A stretch of DNA of 64,000 nt from Phoronis australis (taxonomy: Eukaryota > Animalia > Phoronida), in the NCBI GenBank assembly GCA_002633005.1, contig NMRA01000143.1, positions 687,402 through 751,401 on the forward strand, written 5' to 3'. The translations under genes were made by a program, and so were the position numbers. Below, piece by piece: positions 47,201 to 60,384 of this stretch. The notes under the pieces were generated by a model. That model ran no database searches. It was given only the letters and a program-made list of their open reading frames with translations, and was not told the origin of the DNA. Positions within the stretch are counted from its first letter, which is position 1. The number at the start of each line of letters is the position of its first letter.

Positions 47201-48863
47201 ACTGAAAAAACATTGTTTAAATCAACAGTTTTGTTGATATTTGACTGAATACACAAACTTTTCGATAAGAAGGGTATCACTTTAACCACTGAATGGATAT
47301 TTTGATTCGGAGTGGTTTTGGCGAACCCCACAAAGAGTTGTCGTGTAGCGAGATTCCATATTGCAAGTCTTGCGTTTACGAAACAGAGGGTGATTGTATA
47401 CCGACTTAAATTCTAGGCGAGGCACGCACACCATTTCGCGCAAAATGTCGATATTTAAGCACACGTAAACGTCAATATTATTCCACTGCCAGCCCATAGG
47501 CGGGAAATGGAAATAAACCCAGTTTTGTCAGGAGTGGAGACGTTTTGCTAATATTAAATGCAAAGTGGCGAGAAATGATGTACTATCATTAAAAGGATTA
47601 CCAGCGGTGCTTTTATTCATAAACAAAATGAGACGACCTTAATCATGTAACGCGCATGAGACTGTCAATGGCGGTGGTGGACGACCTGCTACTTGTGTAA
47701 TCTTTAAATCAGTCACTTTGAGAGTTAATAGTCTCCTTCCAAAACCATCAGATTATTATTTATAAAGATTGATTGAATGTTTGGCTTGACGAAAGGGTCT
47801 TACATCAATGCCAGTTGTGATGTTGATTACGTAATAAGCTTAAATGACTTGCACATTTTGTTCGCTCATGGCAAGAAAGCCATGGAAATGTTATGGCATA
47901 TTTATTAAACATCTCACTGGGAACGCTCGGGGCTTTTCGAATGTTGATAAGTAATAATACTGTAATAATAAGTAATAATATACTGATATCGGAAATGAAA
48001 TTGGACAGGATCTGTCAGTAGTCAAAGTGGATCTCACAATCAAGATGACGTGATAGAAAAAAGATTGCATCTGAGAAGAAAGACACAAATACGCAGCACA
48101 TGTACATAGGGAACTTATCTGAGTTCCTATTTGGGACTACTTTATGCAAGTGGATTCGTCGATCGGCTCATTGCTCCCGCAAAAATGCGCCCAGCTCTCA
48201 CTGTCTTCCTTAATTGACAAATGCAAGTACTAGACGTTGAATAGACAACTTAAATTTGACACCACCGCGTCTATTCCGGTTATTAGGGCTCCATGTTGCC
48301 TGACCCCGGCAGAGCCCGAGGCCTGCAGCGGTGCTTCAGGAACGCCGGCTGAAAGCTGCCGCGCAATTTTGGCAATATTTAGTCAGTCATCAACCCTCAG
48401 TAGGTAAAATGTTACGGTGGGTTTCTTAAAGTGCTTTGATGTAAGATTTTTGCGGCCCGTCAAATTCTTCGACTAGGTGAATAGTAATATATGATCTGAC
48501 AATGTAAGATGTTTTGTTACGACTTCATATCTTTTTTGATAGTCTAAAATACCTAAATAGATTTGCGATGCCCAAGGGAGGCGGTACAGAAATCTGGATC
48601 GGAATCGTTTGTATTATTTTTACCGACACAGTTTGCACTGTGACCTTCCAAAAGCATGGCCGCTTTACAGTTGGATTTTCTTCATAACGGCAAATTTACC
48701 GCTTTTTAAAACTTGATCTGGCGTTGGGCACAACCATGAAGACAAGTACATCAATTACTGTACGGAGATAAATAGAGCATTAATGAAATATACACTCAAG
48801 GCATATTGTATGCTGGAAATCATACGTGTTGCTCACCGTAAAATTTGTGTGTTTGCGTGTGTA

Positions 48864-48913
<50 letters not shown>

Positions 48914-51106
48914 TGTGTGTGAGCGTGCGTGTGCGTGTGTGTGCGCGTGTGTGCCTGCGTGCGTGCGTTTGTATGTGTGTAGTTCACCGAAAATGCGCGT
49001 CTCTTTTTCGCGACGTCTCACTACATGTATGTGAATGTTTTTTGAAAACTCTATTCTATACTTTTTGGCCTCATCCTAATTTAATGTCACTATTTGTTAT
49101 AAAAATTATGAAGGTGTAAGTGCCAGTTTAAAAAACAGTATAACCAGAGGACCGTTTAATTCGTTAATTAGTCGTAAATGCGCTTTCATGCCAGTTGACG
49201 ATAGACGAGCAGAGAATTTGCATGATATTACGTCATCAACCAACATCTTTCGTTAGGCCTAAAAATACCTGTAATGTGCTCGTATGAACACCAAAGAAGA
49301 CAAGGAAATTCTGAAAAACGAGTGTGCGAGCGGCATTTTACACGCTAAACCTGACCTCAGATACATGTATATGTAGCATAAGCCTTATCTATTTACATTG
49401 AACACATTTGTGCCGTCTGAACATCCATATTGGTGGACCAACGCGAATTTTCAGTTAATCTTGTTCTTGACTCAAAAACCTAGATCAATCATTGAAAGAG
49501 ATAAATTCCTTCCCATACATCGAACTAAGTTTGACCCCTTTCTCTAACACGAGACAAGCACTAATATCGTATTTAGATGGAAATTTCTGATAGCCAAAAG
49601 GATATACATTTACAATCGTAAATAAGCTTAAATAATTCTTTTACACTTTTTGTGAACAGGCTAATCGAAAGTAAACTTCGTTTCCGCTAAAATAGTGCAA
49701 AAACTGTCTTTTACGGTTTCTATTTTCGAATCAAACTCTTGTCGCGGAAATATGATTTGAATAAAAACTAATATGTGGAAATTATAAGTGCTTTCTTTCA
49801 GTTTTCTTCACAAAAATACACCTGTACACCCGTTACTTCGAAAGTTATTTACGCAAATTGGATTCTGTGTTGAGACAGGGGAAAAGTAGTGACAGTAATG
49901 ACCAGGTGACTCTTTGTTGATTGATGGCACGCAGTAACGGTCGTCTCACCACAATACCGCATAAAAATGGATTCAACAACGAACACGTACATCTACTGAA
50001 TACCTGTATTTTATGATCGCCGGCAACGAGGGGACAAACGGAAAATACGTATGGTTTTGAGACTTTATTCAAATGTGGCACATTTTTTAAACTGAAAACC
50101 CAACTTATGGCAAAAGTAGAGTTTTTGTAAAGTTATTGCATCACAGTTCTTGATTTAGATTCATGTCCACATTTGCAAAAATGAAGCGGAATCTGTCAGG
50201 GCTTGCAATTTTCCTCTTCTAAGAGGATTTCCCGTCTCTTTGGTTTTGATTTCCTCTTATTTGATTCCCAGTTTTCTATTTATTTGTCTTTTTATCATTA
50301 TTTTGACTTTATTCATGCAAAAAGGTTTATTTCAGTTAAATTTTACAACACAAAAAATCTTCCTATCACACAAGCCTATTTATTTGTGGAACAATACATC
50401 ATCAGGAAAATTTTCCTCTTTTTTGTCATTGGTCATTCCAAGCCCTTTTGTATAAAATGTACACGTACGTTTAAACTCTTGAAATACGAGAACTGAACTG
50501 TGACAGGTCCAAGGCTGCATGTTCGCGTATGTATAGACATCCTGCAATTTCCGATGAATAAAGTAATGTATATCAGAGCCAGAGATTCGGATTTCCAATG
50601 AAACTAACAGTAAGAACATACCTTTCGATGCAGATCGTCATCAAATTCATCGCCGACAGGTAGAAGGACACCACCAAAATGTATCTCTGTGCTTTACACA
50701 TCTCCAAACCCAGTACCCAGCCTCTGCTCATCATGAACATGACAATATCAGGCACTCCAAGCACCATAATCAACGCGTCGGCGATGCTCAGGTTTAGTAT
50801 GAACAGATTTGTTACTGTGCGTCGCATTGCAGCTTTCGTTATAATTACATAGATCACTATACAGTTTCCAAACAGACCGGTTAGTCCTATGGCACCGAAA
50901 AGACACGAGAGAAGAATAATTTCCAATGTAGTTGCCGGCTCCAGGTCTGACAACTGTCCGTCAACCACTGCGTTCGTGTCCCATAAAGTCTGGCTCATCG
51001 TCAGGTCCTCCATCGTGGTCTCAGCTATGGATGTCTGACCGGAAGTTCCCGTTAGTGTAACGAAGTCCCAAACTCCTGTGAAACTCTCTGTAGTGCTCAA
51101 TGACAT
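44277..51106 (-). CDS. Rhodopsin-like (class A) neuropeptide-type GPCR, 421 aa, orphan (recalls lophotrochozoan 'neuropeptide receptor 15-like' proteins)
   Basis: Exons 51106-50622 and 45057-44277 joined by a phase-2 intron within the Arg of ERY (CIER|YIATVHP). GN in TM1, NLSIAD in TM2, YFISYSP in TM6, NSAANPLLY in TM7, helix-8 FRREF. An upstream acceptor at 51288 implies a non-coding first exon (candidate donor at 56671). Confidence 0.93.
48846..48980. repeat. (GT)n / (GC,GT) compound microsatellite
   Basis: Direct reading; explains the spurious CV/HT-rich ORFs here. Confidence 0.95.
50197..50446. mobile_element. MITE family 4 (second copy at ~11378-11567)
   Basis: AGGGCTTGCAAT / ATTCCAAGCCCT termini. 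Shares TTTCCTCTT.TAAGAGGATTTCC, TTTGACTTTATTCATGCAAAA and GCCTATTTATTTGTGG with 11378-11567. Confidence 0.65.
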
Positions 51107-52515
51107 CGCTGGTGCAGAAAACAGGTTTTCTTGAATTCGAAAAATAGTCGCGGTTTCACTATTGGAAATGTATACTGTCGTTAAGTAATACTGTGGAACA
51201 TATTTTTCGTCACCGCGCCATCTAATGGTATCATAATGAAGCCTCGTAGCACTCTACAGCAATGTGGCGCAAACGTTTCCGCACTAACCTGTAAAAGTTT
51301 ATCGCAATATCAATTAAATTGTTTTAATTAGCCACTACGCTCGAGGTATTAACAAAATTACCATCGACATATCGTGCTGTGCAGACGCAACATCCCGTAA
51401 TTTTCCGATGAAATCTTTCCAAAGACCTAATTCGGGTTACTGGTCGGTCGTGAAATTTGCCGAAAGAAACGATTCAGTGCATATCATTAGGCGTAGCGTT
51501 GTAATGGTGACACCCCAAAGCAAAAAACAAACGTTTTTGCATTAACCGAGCGAATTAGAAACTAAAGATTCGGGAATTTTGCTTCTATCAGGACGGTTTT
51601 ATAACTATCTCTCTGCTTCTACCATTATGATCTACAGTGTACTTCGAATGCTTAATGTTTGGGTTATAATAAACTTTTGTCAAAAAGACAAAACAAAAGT
51701 TATAAAAATTGAAATAGATGTATTCAAAATTGTGGCAAATGTATTCTAGCACTGCACTGATAACCAGTGAGCCATCAGCGTCTCTCGATACATGCAGGTT
51801 GTACCAACAATTTACTAACACTTTAAATGACTGACATGGGGGCAACACAAGTGCTTTAAATCCATACAAAGATGATCCCTCGCAGAGCAAGTACGAAGTC
51901 TTTTAAATCGTTCTAAGCTTGCAGTTGCCCTTGACGTTTGAAGTTTACAGTAGCTTTGTGCAATAAAAGTTCGTTAAACAGAGAATGTCTCATTCCGTGA
52001 TCGACTTTGCGTACTTACAACAGGGCGGCCATTTTGTTGTGTGAAACTCAATGTTAAGAACTGTGCAAGCCGGTAGGCTACAAGACTACTTTAAATCGTT
52101 GTGTCGATTTTGAAGAACTCTAGGTACCAAAATGCTTGTATTTGCGCAATCTTTCCGGTGATATCGTTTACGTGATATTTTGAAAATAAAACGAAAATCC
52201 CCTTAAGTCCCTGAGTTAAGTATCCTGTTAATAATGTGTATATCTGTTGTATTTCTTCCCATTTGTTATTTAGTATGCCATGGTGCGTTATCCGCTTACA
52301 GTCACACTGGTTTGTTTACCATAAGTTCCTGACAACAAAATGGTACAGGTAAGCCTCGTGCTCAGGGGCACAGAACAGTTCTCGCCTATCAGAACACGCG
52401 TCAATGGATTCGTCACCCGTTCTCCACTCTGTCAAAAACTGCATGCAAAGAACGAAATATTTTGAGTCATTTCACATCAAAAGCCCAACAGATGAGCACA
52501 AAAACTCTATTCTCT

Positions 52516-52979
52516 CAAACACAAAACTCAATAAATTTACACAAAACAGAGGTTCAACAAATCATGAGGAATTGTTCTTTCTTCCAATACCATTTACGGT
52601 ATCCTGCTCCACCGAGTTCGCAAGAAAGCACACAAATCTTGCCAAAAAGTCCGCCGGAGCAACTCCCGTGTCGCACGCGAACGGTACGGAATTATTCGAT
52701 GAATTACGGATGAACGGCAATTGCCGATTCATCTCGGAAAGTCACGGCATCGATAACTCGGCAATTGCCGTTCATCCGTAACTCATCGGTTAATTCGTAT
52801 CCTGCGCGTGAGACGGGAGTTGCTCCGGACGAGCTTTTTGGGAAGATTTTTGTGCATTAACCGCGAATTTCTTGCGAACTCGGTGGAGCAGGACACCGTA
52901 AATGGTATTGGGAGAAAGAAAAATTCCTCATGGTTTGTTGAACCTCTGTTTTGTGTAAATTTATTGAGTTTTGTGTTTG
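52516..52979. mobile_element. Long foldback / inverted-repeat element
   Basis: CAAACACAAAACTCAATAAATTTACACAAAACAGAGGTTCAACAAA... is the reverse complement of 52870-52979. Inner arms TTACGGATGAACGGCAATTGCCGA / TCGGCAATTGCCGTTCATCCGTAA. Confidence 0.8.
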
Positions 52980-55900
52980 CTATGGATTGAAGTGAAGCAC
53001 TCGTGGAATTTCTTGTCCGGAGTGTCATACCTTGTAGTATTATTAATTTAGTGTATTGGGGACGATCAGAAGCTCAGGACGCCTGCGCCGGCACATACCC
53101 GACGTGGCTCACCAAACGCAAGCGCAGTTCAAGACATTACTTCGCGGTTGCCGTGGTGCAAGGCAAAACAAGTATCTGGCCAGCCTCGTCCTCAAGCCTC
53201 AGGATGGCGCTGATAGGTTTAGCCATTTGAGGCTTGGTTATGCCGGGGAAATCAAATGTGTCAGAATTCCGGAAATCGCCGGAAAATCACGAGTAATATA
53301 AAGTTATATCAACTTTGGTCTATTGCAGCAATTTAGGTCTAAAATATTGCAACGTAAACAGATTATCTTCTATGATATTATTTTAAAAATATTGAAATAA
53401 ATTTCAGAGAATTGAGAACAAGAACACGTACAAACTTTATTTCAAACAATAACCAAAACAATGCCTTCTGCTTCATGAATGACTGCAACAACGCCTGTGA
53501 AAATAATTAAAATATTCTTTCGTTTTAATGACGTCCAGGACAATTATTGGGCAGAAGATATTTCCGATAACCAAGTCTCAAATGGCTAAACCGATCCGCG
53601 CTTTCTTGAGGCTGGCATGTGTTCAGGTGGAGATTGTAATATCCAGACAAACGAGAGCAACGAAACTCCTTACTTGGTAAGAAAGGACGCGTCGTAATAC
53701 CACAGATACAGCAGACGAAATCGTCGTGTCACAGATTACCGTTTATAAGTAAGTGTAAAAATCGCGAAAAAATTGCGAAAAAAATCACTCGTAAAGGCTG
53801 CTTCTACGTATTGCCGAGTGGAGTCGATTCATGAAAACGGATTTTGAACTATTGCTGTTTAACTGCAGTGTGAGTACAATTTTGGAACATCCTGTATATT
53901 TGCAAATAATTGAATGGTGTGAGGATTCACATTAATCTCTTCTCCTGACCTAAAATCAATCACAGCTTCAATCAGTTTTTAAGATGGCAAGAAAATGTAG
54001 ACTCCGACGTTTTTAAACATTTTCTTGCCATGTTAGAAATTGGCGTCAATCATCAAAAGAATTTGAAAGATCTGTTGCGATTGATAATTTTGGAATGCTG
54101 GGCGGTCATGTAGACAGTGGTTGGCTTTTCTCGCTCGTTTGTACATGTACTTGGAGATGCTGAAAACAACCAGTTTGAGGATGACGATAATTTTCAACTT
54201 TATGCTATATAAAAAGTGTTTTCCCAAGTTTGGTTGCCCCACCGAATACTTTGAGTTGCGAGTACAAACTCGGTCACGTTTATANNNNNNNNNNNNNNNN
54301 NNNNNNNNNNNNNNNNNNNNNNNNNNNNNNNNNNNNNNNNNNNNNNNNNNNNNNNNNNNNNNNNNNNNNNNNNNNNNNNNNNNNNNNNNNNNNNNNNNNN
54401 NNNNNNNNNNNNNNNNNNNNNNNNNNNNNNNNNNNNNNNNNNNNNNNNNNNNNNNNNNNNNNNNNNNNNNNNNNNNNNNNNNNNNNNNNNNNNNNNNNNN
54501 NNNNNNNNNNNNNNNNNNNNNNNNNNNNNNNNNNNNNNNNNNNNNNNNNNNNNNNNNNNNNNNNNNNNNNNNNNNNNNNNNNNNNNNNNNNNNNNNNNNN
54601 NNNNNNNNNNNNNNNNNNNNNNNNNNNNNNNNNNNNNNNNNNNNNNNNNNNNNNNNNNNNNNNNNNNNNNNNNNNNNNNNNNNNNNNNNNNNNNNNNNNN
54701 NNNNNNNNNNNNNNNNNNNNNNNNNNNNNNNNNNNNNNNNNNNNNNNNNNNNNNNNNNNNNNNNNNNNNNNNNNNNNNNNNNNNNNNNNNNNNNNNNNNN
54801 NNNNNNNNNNNNNNNNNNNNGCATTAACAGCGAATTTCTTGAAAATTCGGTGGAGCAGGACACCGTAAATGGTATTGGGAGAAAGAAAAATTCCTCATGG
54901 TTTGTTGAACCTCTGCTTTGTGTAAATTTATTGAGTTTTGTGTTTGTTATGGATTGAAGTGAAGCACTCGTGGAATTTCTTGTCCGGAGTGTCATACCTT
55001 GTAGTATTATTAATTTAGTGTATTGAGGACGATCAGAAGCTCAGGACGCCTGCGCCGGCACATACCCGACGTGGCTCACCAAACGCAAGCGCAGTTCATG
55101 ACTGCTTCGCGGTTGCCGTGGTGCAAGGCAAAACAAGTATCTGGCCAGCCTCGTCCTCAAGCCTCAGGATGGCGTTGATAGGTTTAGCCATTTGAGGCTT
55201 GGTTATGCAGGGGAAATCAAATGTGTCAGAATTCCGGAAATCGCCGGAAAATCACGAGTAATATAAAGTTACATCAACTTTGGTCTATTGCAGCAATTTA
55301 GGTCTAAAATATTGCAACGTAAACAGATTATCTTCTATGATATTATTTTAAAAATATTAAAATAAATTTCAGAGAATTGAGAACAAGAACACGTACAAAC
55401 TTTATTTAAAACAATAACCAAAACAATGCTTTCTGCTTCATGAATGACTGCAACAACGCCTGTGAAAATAAATAAAATATTCTTTTGTTTTAATGACGTC
55501 CAGGACAATCATTGGGCAGAAGATATTTCCGATAACCAAGTCTCAAATGGCTAAACCGATCCGCGCCATCTTGAGGCTGGCATGTGTTCAGGTGGAGATT
55601 GTAATATCCAGACAAACGAGAGCAACGAAACTCCTTACTTGGTAAGAGAGTACGCGTCGTAATACCACAGACACAGCAGACGAAATCGTCGTGTCACAGA
55701 TTACCGTTTATAAGTAAGAGTAAAAATCGCGAAAAAATTGCGAAAAAAATCACTTGTAAATGCTGCTACTACGTATTGCCGAGTGGAGTCGATTCATGAA
55801 AACGGATTTTGAACTATTGCTGTTTAACTGCAGTGTGAGTACATTTTTGGAACATCCTGTATATTTGCAAATAATTGAATTGTGTGAGGATTCACATTAA

Positions 55901-56197
55901 TCTCTTCGCTTGACCTAAAATCAATCACAGCTTCAATCAGTTTTTAAGATGGCAAAAAATGTAGACTCCGACGTTTTTAAACATTTTCTTGCCATGTTAG
56001 AAATTGGCGTCAATCATCAAAAGAATTTGAAAGATCTGTTGCGATTGATAATTTTGGAATGCTGGGCGGTCATGTAGACAGTGGCTGGCTTTTCTCGCTC
56101 GTTTGTACATGTACTTGGAGATGCTGAAAACAACCAGTTTGAGGATGACGATAATTTTCTACTTCGTGCTATATAAAAAGTGTTTTCTCAATTTTGG
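52854..56197. repeat. ~1.38-kb near-identical direct duplication (52854-54233 / 54821-56197) flanking a 536-nt N gap
   Basis: The two copies are co-linear with scattered substitutions and small indels. The second copy starts exactly at the end of the gap (54285-54820). Confidence 0.9.
53195..53613. mobile_element. MITE with ~45-bp TIRs (duplicated at ~55160-55578)
   Basis: GGTTTAGCCATTTGAGGCTTGGTTAT vs ATAACCAAGTCTCAAATGGCTAAACC. Confidence 0.65.
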
Positions 56198-58547
56198 AGA
56201 GAGAGAGAGGAAACCAAGGCGAAAAAACCTAATTGAAATAAAAAAACGACCACTTAAAGACGTTATCTTCGCCTGTTTATTCTCGCCTTCTATCAACAAT
56301 CTCAATTCATACAAGGCTTCTGGGTATATCGTCAAGCACCGAGTCCCTAATACCCGTTTAATGAGCTAGAATACGATACATGTACCTCAGTGAAATCATA
56401 CATTATCATGGCAATGTTTCATTATATACTATAGATATCGCTGTGAACAAACACCAGTTACTCAAGATTCCTACGTGTGATTGTATGGTGATACCCCAAT
56501 CACATTTTTACGTGTCAGTGTACTCGTTTATTGGTGCCCCGATAAGATAACTCGAGTCTTCTCCCATCAGTTAAAAAGATTTGTACAAGTACATGTATGA
56601 AATGCTGTACAAATTACGCATACATGCAAAATTTAGCAAAATCAGACATTACGCAGAGCATGGGTCTTACCTTATTTCAGGATTCACTGCGGAATAATGG
56701 AATTCGTTCCTGATGTCTCTTAGAACACACAGTCAAAAGATTTGACTTAAAATTGCTCCAGCATTCCCCAAGAGATAATCGTGTTCAAATTAGCCAGGTC
56801 GTCATTATGTCCGACAGCGATTACGTTGGAGTTATTTATTTGTAGGGCTGTGTATTTGCAAACACACTGGCGATATATTTGCACGAATTACACGCCATAA
56901 ATGAATAAATAGACAGAGCAAGACATTTAATGGATCCACCCTTTTCAGACAAATTGTCCCGCCCCAGGATAATTACCGTGAGTCACTTGTACCGAGATTC
57001 ATGAAATTAAAAGCTGCAATGTTAAATAAAACTGGTGGCAATATTTTTGCTTTTATCGTCTTTCTACCCTTCATAAAGGCGTAGGAAGGCTTGTATTAGC
57101 AGGCTCGTATGAAGGTAAACATTATTAGAAAATGGGGGCATGGCTAATTCGATTTCGCCAAACTGTGTCCTGCAGTCCCAAAGTCATTGCTACCATTTCA
57201 GCATTACATGGTCACTCGTCGCCAACTCCCCACACCTTCACGGGCTTTGCTGTGGGTGGATGAGTGGTGGGGGGTTGGGCAAACACCGTGGAAGCAGCCA
57301 CAAGAGTATTTGGTGCTTATGCTTCTCGCCAAACATTAAACGAGAAAGGACAACTTTTTAGACGACATAAGCGCGTTAAGTGGGTGTCTTTTATGAATTT
57401 CGTTTTATTAGGGTGCCACTTAGTAATGTCAAATCATGCTTTTGGTTGGGGGGGGGGGGGGNTTACGTAATAAACATACATGTACTGCATTGCCGGAGAA
57501 ATGCGGAAAGAAAAGAATCACTGCGTAATAATTAATAGAACATGGCGTCGGAAATCCCGCCGGTTATGTCGTTAGTAGAAAATGAAACCCGAGAAAACGA
57601 GATTCGTGATCAACATTAACGTCCAAACTGAAGAAAGTTCAGTTTATTAAGGTTTATGATTTGATTGAGTACGCGTTGAAAGGACGCGATGTCGCTGATC
57701 CTGCTGCATTGGAAAAGGGTCTAGTTCAAAATCCGTGTTTGAAAATGGGTATGTGGTTCTAGTGACTGCCCCTCAAAGTGAGCAAAAGGTATACAACTAC
57801 TATACATGTACAAATAGATATATTAACATACAATTTATCATCTTACGTCAACATTCACTGAAACACCAATTTCTCAGAGGCACATTTCGGATTATCAAAA
57901 GCGATTGATTTCAATGCAATTTACTATTTAGGGTACTCAAAATTGTCTATGATTTAGTGGATGTTCGTAGATACATGAATATTTAATTTACCAGCAGAAC
58001 TTAAGCACCTTGGGCCACTACGTGGCAACACAATATAAAAACTAAAGAAACACATTAAGATCAGTAATTTACACAGTATGGAATTTTTTACGCAATTCCT
58101 GAAAGAAGAAGCGAAGAAACCTTTACTCGGTGGGCAACCGGGAGCGCAAGACGAACTTGAGAGCCGGGTCCCCCAAAAAGTTTTTAGAATTTATTCGTGG
58201 TAATTATTCCAGTTCTGGGTACGTAGCCTGGCAGGATTTTAAGTAACGGCTTAACTGACCATTTAGAACGCGGCATTATCGACACGCCTTCGTTTCCAAG
58301 CCGCTATTTTACCCGGCAAACAACACATTGCCGGGTAAAACTTATTGTTTGTTAGTCGACGTTACGCAAGGGGCGGAGCTTGTGTTTGGTCAATCGCAGT
58401 AGTATCTGTTCACGATTTCCAGGATATGCACTTTCAGCACCATAATCCGTTGAATACGTAGACTGATTACGATCATCAAAAACCGCACTCCTAAGAGTCT
58501 GATCAACACGGCGACTTTGGTACGAACACCTCCTCTCCATCATAATG

Positions 58548-58704
58548 CAGGCGTGCGTTCAGTAGCCGCTAGGACCTACGCTAGGACCTAGCTATAACCT
58601 AGTCAAAGTCACGTGTTCTTATTTAAAATACACGGCAATATCTCACGTGATCTCACGAAGTCTTGCTTTTTAGCGAGGTCCTAGCGTTGCTGAACGGGAG
58701 GCTG
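58548..58704. mobile_element. MITE family 1, copy 2
   Basis: Co-linear with 38534-38690, with CAG...CTG termini. Confidence 0.8.
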
Positions 58705-59909
58705 ATTCGGCAATAGTCGGATATAACGTGCCTATATTTTGAGAACCAGCTTGATGCCCGTCATTCAGTTGAGAGAACTGGTTCCATTACGGCGTTTTCC
58801 CGTTGCTCCCAACTTGTTCGATTCTATAGCCAAACAACAAGTTGGGAAGAACACTCCTGTAGCCAATATCTTACACGAGTGATTTTAAAACTCCATTCTG
58901 TGTTCACGAGTGGTCTGTAATATGCCTGGTAGATACTTGGCCTGCCTGATTGACAAACACACCCAAGAGCCTTCTTGAATTTAAAATCACGAAGCAATTT
59001 TCTGTGCATAATATATTTTATCGGATTTTTTCTAAGTATGTGTATTGTGCGAGCGACAGAAAGTTTTCAAGTGAGTGTAGACGAACCATACTGCAAAATT
59101 ATTTGGGATTCGCCCTCCCTCCTACTGCGCCAGGACTTCCTACGCCTGTGCCGTCCATGAGAAAGTATAGAGTGTTAGTATCTGTGCTGGTCTCAAAAGT
59201 TGTTAAATATGTTCCGATTTCAGTCGATGAAGAAGATCGACAGTGCTTTGTAAAGTGACGTTCAGACTGTTAGCCACATGATGCCGAATTTCTAAGATAA
59301 TGAAAACAACCAGTTATGCCTCGCTGATTGTCATTCAGCGGATTTGTATCTACCAGACTATTTGTTCAATGTTGATTTAAGGATATCAGCTGACATGTTT
59401 TCATTGTTTACAAATCTCCCCGTCAATTCTGGATTACTCCTGCTGTGCGTCCCCTAGAGGCAATCAAGTTTAGCTCCCTTTAGTGGGAATGTTCCAACAG
59501 TGATCATCCATTGTACATGTGTACATGTGTTGTGTACGGAGGGCGCATACTAACGTTCTTCGTTGCTCTTGTAGAAAACTGCTGTTTTTATTTCGCGTAG
59601 TCTGGTATAACTTATAGCAGAAGTTTGGTCCATTGTATACAACGTGTTTGTTACATGTATCTTGCATACTTGCTCCCTAAAATGGGTGCACGAACACACG
59701 ATGTGCCTTGCCAACTGAGTCAACACACATGAGGTTCCTGCACTAAGCAAATATTATTTATTCAACAACACAGAAAGTTACACATGACAAGAGACGAAAA
59801 AGGCAAATAATTTTACACGTTTTAGAATGCTCTTCACCATAGATTATCCAATACAACAATTATATTATGGAGAATAGTTCTAACGATATAAGTACTTTAT
59901 ACTCTTAAT

Positions 59910-60312
59910 AGGGGGTCCCGGATTACATGGAGCCAGAGTTCTTCTTTGTTCCGGAGATAAGAAAGCGCGAGACCTCGTTTTGGAAATCAGGCACATTTTC
60001 CTGTCTCTCATTGATGTCGGGAAGGCAAACAATTTTACATCACTCATCCACGGGTAGTTGTTCAGTTTGTCAAACTTTCTCACGTCGGAGTTGCAGTCCA
60101 CAGCACTGCAGTATTTCTTCGTTGCCATTAATTAGAGAGACGAATAGAATAATGCAACCGAGAAAAAAATTGCAAAGAATCGAACAACAACAAATAACAT
60201 GTGAAGTCCAATGGTACGAAAACGAGGCAGCAAACGTGCCTGGTGAATGTTCACGGCATTGTAGGTAAATACAGCGAGATTCGAGTGTCGCTGTGTAATC
60301 CGAAACGGCCCT
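59910..60312 (-). mobile_element. Internally deleted THAP-encoding DNA transposon (ISL2EU-like)
   Basis: Imperfect TIRs AGGGGGTCCCGGATTACA / AGGGCCGTTTCGGATTACA, flanked by AT on both sides (59908-09, 60313-14). Contains MATKKYCSAVDCNSD...KLFAFP, the N-terminal half of a THAP domain lacking the W and CxxHF parts. Confidence 0.7.
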
Positions 60313-60328
60313 ATTCAAGCTTGATCAA

Positions 60329-60384
60329 TCATGACCCCATCACGCCGGCTGATCGTTCATGACCCCATCACGCCGGCTGATTGT
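60329..60384 (-). repeat. 28-bp tandem duplication spanning the LRR gene stop codon
   Basis: TCATGACCCCATCACGCCGGCTGATCGT / TCATGACCCCATCACGCCGGCTGATTGT. Confidence 0.9.

Noticed and set aside
48783-49119. Cys/Val- and His/Thr-rich ORFs
   Set aside because: Translations of a (GT)n microsatellite.
54033-54995. Long ORFs of 212-320 aa
   Set aside because: Artefacts of translating through the N gap.
58307-58340. Perfect 13-bp stem hairpin TTTTACCCGGCAA-N8-TTGCCGGGTAAAA resembling an intrinsic terminator
   Set aside because: Isolated hairpin in repeat-rich eukaryotic DNA; too short for a pre-miRNA and without supporting context.
58860-59760. Possible LINE endonuclease remnant (+, 'SVICLVDTW') or SWIM-like remnant (-, 'TCNKHVV...CTMDDHCWNIP')
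   Set aside because: The two readings conflict, each rests on one short motif, and the region is outside the THAP element TIRs; needs an HMM/Repbase search.
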